A program made the position numbers and the translations under genes. Below the pieces are notes generated by a model. It had not been told where the DNA came from, ran no database searches, and saw nothing but the letters and a program-made list of their open reading frames with translations. 64,000 nucleotides of DNA from Eutreptiella sp. 'Long Island Sound 2002' (lineage: Eukaryota > Protista > Euglenida), in contig OZ038379.1 in NCBI GenBank assembly GCA_964036045.1, positions 17,794,001 to 17,858,000 of the forward strand. Direction: 5' to 3'. Shown here in pieces: positions 59,727 to 64,000 of this stretch (positions are counted from its first letter, which is position 1; each line of letters starts with the position of its first letter).

Positions 59727-60050
59727 CTACACAAGAGATGCACGACAAAAAACAAGAGAGCGGAAACAAGTGCATCTGAACCACAAAATGACCAGGAAAC
59801 TGGCGGGGATGCATGTCAGGTCTACTGAGCAACAGGCTCGGTGCCACTTTTTTTGACGCGAGTATTTCACCTTAAAGAGCTGCACATGCTCAACATGGGC
59901 CACAGGAATGGCCGCCCCAGCTGCAGGCTTGGCTGCAGGCTTGGCTGCCACCCGGGCGACAGGTTTGGCTGCACGCTTGGAGGGTATGGCACGAGGTTTG
60001 GCAGCTTTGGGGGCAGGCTTGGCAGCAGGTTCGGCAGGGGGCTCCAGCCC
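59727..60050 (-). CDS. Ala/Lys/Pro-rich (histone H1-tail-like) coding remnant
   Basis: The frame reads EPAAKPAPKAAKPRAIPSKRAAKPVARVAAKPAAKPAAG followed by VQLFKVKYSRQKKWHRAC. Confidence 0.35.
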   Translation of the reverse strand, partial: GLEPPAEPAAKPAPKAAKPRAIPSKRAAKPVARVAAKPAAKPAAGAAIPVAHVEHVQLFKVKYSRQKKWHRACCSVDLTCIPASFLVILWFRCTCFRSLVFCRASLV

Positions 60051-62398
60051 CTAGCCCTTGTGGCATGCAGTTTGCCTCAGGAACATTGCGGGTGAAATAC
60101 AATTTTCCGCTCGCAAAGACATTTGCCAAACCCCATACACCATGAGCACCCTTTGCCCACACAATTTCAGTGTCAGACGCACTGTCACTGTATTCTTCAA
60201 CACCACTTGGGAGATCACTATCAACAGATGTCAGCGATGACACATCAGAATCTGGTACAGTCTGTGAGGCATGGGATGTCAGCCCTGGCCCTGACCTCGC
60301 AGTACCAACACAATCACTATCACTTTCCGATGAACCTGCCCAAGATGATAAAGGAGGGTTGGAAGGAGGGTTAGATGATTGTAAACCCGAAGAACCAGCC
60401 GTCTGAACGTTGGAAATTGACAACAGCACCAGCAGAGCACGTGTCAATGTCATCGACATTCATGGCTGAATTGCAAAAACTAAATGTTCTGCGTGATCCA
60501 GGGTGCGGAGCAGTGCCTTCCATGCAAGAAATTTGAAGTATACATCCAACACTTTATGTGTTTTTCACACTATTTGGGTTTTTTTTGGGAATGGGGGTGG
60601 CTCCCAAGGGGTGTAGGGCACAACTTGCTTATGCGGTTCTCCAGCCTTGCCAGCTCAAAAATGGAAATTTCCGAAACTGATTTTTTTTTGATATTCTGAC
60701 CATCCAAAATGATCAAATATCCTATACGTTACCGTTATCCCTGGAATTTATCAGATATATTATAAACGGGTTTATAAGACCCGTTTATCCGCGGTCTGAC
60801 GTGTTACGGTGAAGGCAACTATCGCTAACAGCAAGCACTTGGTGCTGCACAAGCATCAAGGGGAACCAATGCAGGGCGCAAGCCAATGAAAATGGCGCCG
60901 GGACCAGACATGGTACCCCCACGCCTACTTCCGAGGCCCCCCAACTATCTGCAGGGGGACCTCAACCAAACGCACCGTCAACTTATGGGAGTCACGTCAG
61001 ATCCCTGGGCAATGGCTCTAAAACCGGACCCATCTGACATCTGAGCCGCTGATCACGAAAGGGTGGGGAAGTGTTGATATATAACACTGCACAATCGCGG
61101 CTGTTTTGTTGTTGTTTTTTCCATGTGTGCACTTGCACTTGCATGTGCACTGTGCAATCTTTTACAGAGCATCAGAACACACTCGAGCCGTGATTTCCCA
61201 TTGGTATTGTTGTGTCTGTGTTGTTGCCACGTTTTTTTTTCCGGGTTTATCCACCAAGCAGTGTGGTATTTCGATAATAGAAGATGAACTCCCCAATGCG
61301 GCGCGTCTTTCGTTCAATGCCCCCCCCCATCACAACAAATGGAATCCTCAGCCCAGCACATGTGGTTTCAATCCCTTCCACCTATTTTGATCATAAAAGA
61401 TGAGACCTCTGCTGTGGCCCGTCTTGTTTCAATGCCCAGCCCCTGGCTTGATCACAACAGATGGAATCCCCAATTTAGCGCATATACCTTGTAATCTGCC
61501 CCCCAATGTTGTGGCGGTTCCCCCCCAAAGGGGGGGGGGGGGGGGTCACGACGTCCCTCTCTCAGTCAGTTTTTAGTTTAGATGGCATTTGTCAGTTTGG
61601 TCGGCATGGCACGCAGCCCAGCCACCAAGCCTACCCGAAAGTGTACGATGATGAAATGCGACTTTCAGTGCAGAATTTGCGTGCAGGGCAGGTCAAGGAC
61701 AAGTGCAGGTAGGGGATGGAGCAAGAGGGCATGCAGCAACAGGATCCCAATTTAAAGTTCTGCTTGCGATTAGGGAGGGAGGGCAGTGGCAGGGAGTGAC
61801 AGTGAGGTAGGTGCGGATGCAGCGAGCGAGAGGGGGGGGGGGGGAGACACGGCACACCCTAAACATCACACTTCAAAACGGCAGCTGTGCACGCACAACA
61901 CTAGGACTAGGACTAGGACACTAGGACGATAACACTAGCACAACACTAGGATTCACTAGAGTAATCACATTGAAACATGATATTACTTCTGTGTGCGTGC
62001 CCTTTCCACAGACACTGTGTGACAACCTTGAACTCCTGGACATGCTCAGTGGGCAACTCAGGTGTAGGCTGAGGATTGGAACACGAGGTAGGCTGTCCAG
62101 CCCTTTTGGAGAGCACAGTACAACCAACCATGTCCGAAGAAATGCCAAAGTGACGTTTCTCCCCCTGGGGGGGGGGGGTGCAACGGGGGCGTTGATTACA
62201 AGGGGGGCGCACTTAGCGTGGTGCGCGCGCCGTGCAACTATTTGGGCGCCTGGCCGTACTAGAGACCCAAACTTGGAGATACTAGGGGCATCATTGTTGC
62301 CCCTAGCGTACATTTTGACTTCTGATTGTGTCGCCTTTGTACCCTTCGTGAAGCGGTTGTTTGAATGGAGGATTCGCGGAGGCGCAAATTTGACATCA

Positions 62399-63107
62399 GA
62401 AAGATGTCCTTGAATTATGCCCTAGGTCTTTTGATGTATTCCTGCAGGTTTTGTAGTTGAAAACCCCAAACCAAAGCAGCAAGTAGAGCAAGGACTGAAT
62501 GTGGATCGAATCAATGATTGGTTTTGTAATCCAGTATAACACAGAAGGGCTGCAGATAGACAAAGCAGGTTTATGAACATAGATTCAATCACAAATGGAT
62601 AATGCAAAGGTTTTAAATGAAAATTGGTCAGACTCTAGCCTCAGAGGTTGCAATAGGCACTTCATGTGCACTCTTTTGGGTGAAATGGTGCTGGTTAGGA
62701 CTGAGGGGCATAGATGTCAGGACCACACAGAAAATGACTTGGCCAAGCAACTGAATTCAGAAACAGTTACAAAGTAGGACCACAATAAGTGGTAGAAACA
62801 ATTGAGTATAGGGGTCTTGGGGTGGGAGACCACTTAGGCTTAGCCTCCAAGGCCAACAAGCATGTAATGCCTGATTTATTTTGGTATGACCTCCATGAAG
62901 GAAGGTACCTCCGCTCAGTTGAGTGGTAGGGGTGAACTTCATGGGGGGGCTAGGGTCACAACCCTAGTTACTTTGAGAAAGTGTACTTTAGGCAACAAAA
63001 GAGAGATAAAAACACTTAAGTTTGTCTCAGCATCAACAAAGGGTTTTAAGGGGGCTTAGCCTGGATCAAGCCCTCCAAGAAAGACATGGCAGTGACGTTT
63101 TCTTACT
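62399..63107 (-). repeat. LTR copy 3 (same family as copies 1 and 2, more diverged)
   Basis: Collinear homology (CCTGCAGGTTTTGTAGTTGAAAA, CCATGAAGGAAG, TTCTTACT boundary). The PBS position is decayed (TGATGTCAAA), and no target-site duplication is seen. Confidence 0.85.
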
Positions 63108-63342
63108 CCCCCCTGGAGTACTAGTTGATCAAGCTAGTAGGACCAAGGAAAAAGGCTCAAATATTCCCAAAATTACCTCAAAAAATGCATTAAACTTACC
63201 AAAAACATTCTCATCACTTCATAGATGCCTATCACACTGTAGGGACCCTTGAAAAACAGTGTAATGTACCGTGAATGATGTCTCTTCGAAGGGGCATTCC
63301 TCAAAAGTCGCCGGCGTGCGGCGAAAACTTTTGGAAAAAGTG

Positions 63343-63407
63343 TGGGGGCAGTGGGAATTGAACCCAGGACTCCCTGTCCAGAGCACATGTGTCTGTCCAC
63401 TAGGGTA
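63343..63407 (-). other. tRNA-derived relic (pseudo-tRNA or SINE head), 5' end lost
   Basis: Minus strand has CTAGTGGACAG (A-box-like), the B box GGTTCAATTCC in a TGGG/CCCA stem, and a 3' arm TGCCCCC. Confidence 0.5.
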
Positions 63408-63440
63408 CAGTCGAACGCTCTAATGCGGACGGTTATCGCC
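63408..63440 (+). mobile_element. Possible left end of a Tc1/mariner-pogo-like DNA element
   Basis: TA followed by CAGTCGAAC, a typical pogo/Tigger-like terminus, at the point where the tRNA-like relic breaks off. The matching inverted end is not in the window. Confidence 0.3.
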
Positions 63441-64000
63441 GTATAAACAGCGTTTTAGTAAACGTCCTGACCAAGGGCCAGGGCGGAGCAATACTCCCAA
63501 TGGAGGACACAAACCCCCAGGAGCTGGAAAAAATAGAAAATGGAACCAGCAGGGAGTGATTCCTGCGGTTTTGCGGAAGGGGTTGCGATTTAGCAAGTGA
63601 AATCGTTGAAAATCGACGAAACCACGGGGAAATCGTCATTTTTACACATAACTTAAAGTCGCAGACAAGCGCAAAGGAAGCGGACACCAAGAAAAGGGTT
63701 GCGCAAGCGAAAACGGCTTTTGGAAAAGAAGGTATGAGCCGTAGTTTTTAAAGTTTTAAAGAAAATTTTTGCACAGTTGCATCAAAATTTTTATAAACTT
63801 CAGAGTAAAGCATTCAAAATCAGCCCACACCACAGAGCAGTTCAACAACCCGTCTCTCAGGTATGTCTGTGTCACTTCACACTCACGCATTGCGTTCGTG
63901 TTGCTTGTTCGTCAAAACGTTAGGGTTGTCAACGCTGTGCTCGTTGGGGGGTCGGGTGTTCATCTCTCGTGCTCCTACAGGTGAAAGCAGGAGTGAAAGG

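Noticed and set aside
60802-61039. Small solo LTR (TGTTACGG...TGACA)
   Set aside because: No matching target-site duplication and no second copy in the window.
1-64000. Spliced-leader RNA gene, 5S or other rRNA, intact tRNA
   Set aside because: No recognisable match on either strand by eye; only two degenerate tRNA-like relics.

Overview
Repeat-rich eukaryotic nuclear DNA with GT-AG exon candidates, microsatellites and many decayed retroelements. A euglenozoan (euglenid-like) origin is my inference from the gag type and cyclase type, not something shown directly. There are no operons, rRNA, intact tRNA or CRISPR arrays. The main structure is a 24.3-kb array B-A'-B-A'-B (23066-47417). B is about 5.25 kb. 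A' is about 4.29 kb and is an inverted copy of segment A at 14846-19079. The array has two novel junctions, each present twice, and looks like a templated-insertion rearrangement followed by tandem expansion. The only long intact ORF (50985-54185, 1066 aa) has a coiled coil, a class III nucleotidyl-cyclase fold lacking the catalytic residues, and Met/Gly/Asn repeats. Also present are nested LTR/gag remnants with tRNAi-Met primer sites and non-TG/CA ends (301-4356; third LTR 62399-63107), a decayed tyrosine-recombinase element with no visible RT (about 8.4-10.8 kb), a canonical LIM-domain exon (20394-20560), a T1-type BTB remnant, a 370-bp coding-like tandem repeat and an 85-bp satellite in both orientations. 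Most short ORFs in the track are antisense shadows or repeat artefacts. All alignments were done by eye; no searches were run.
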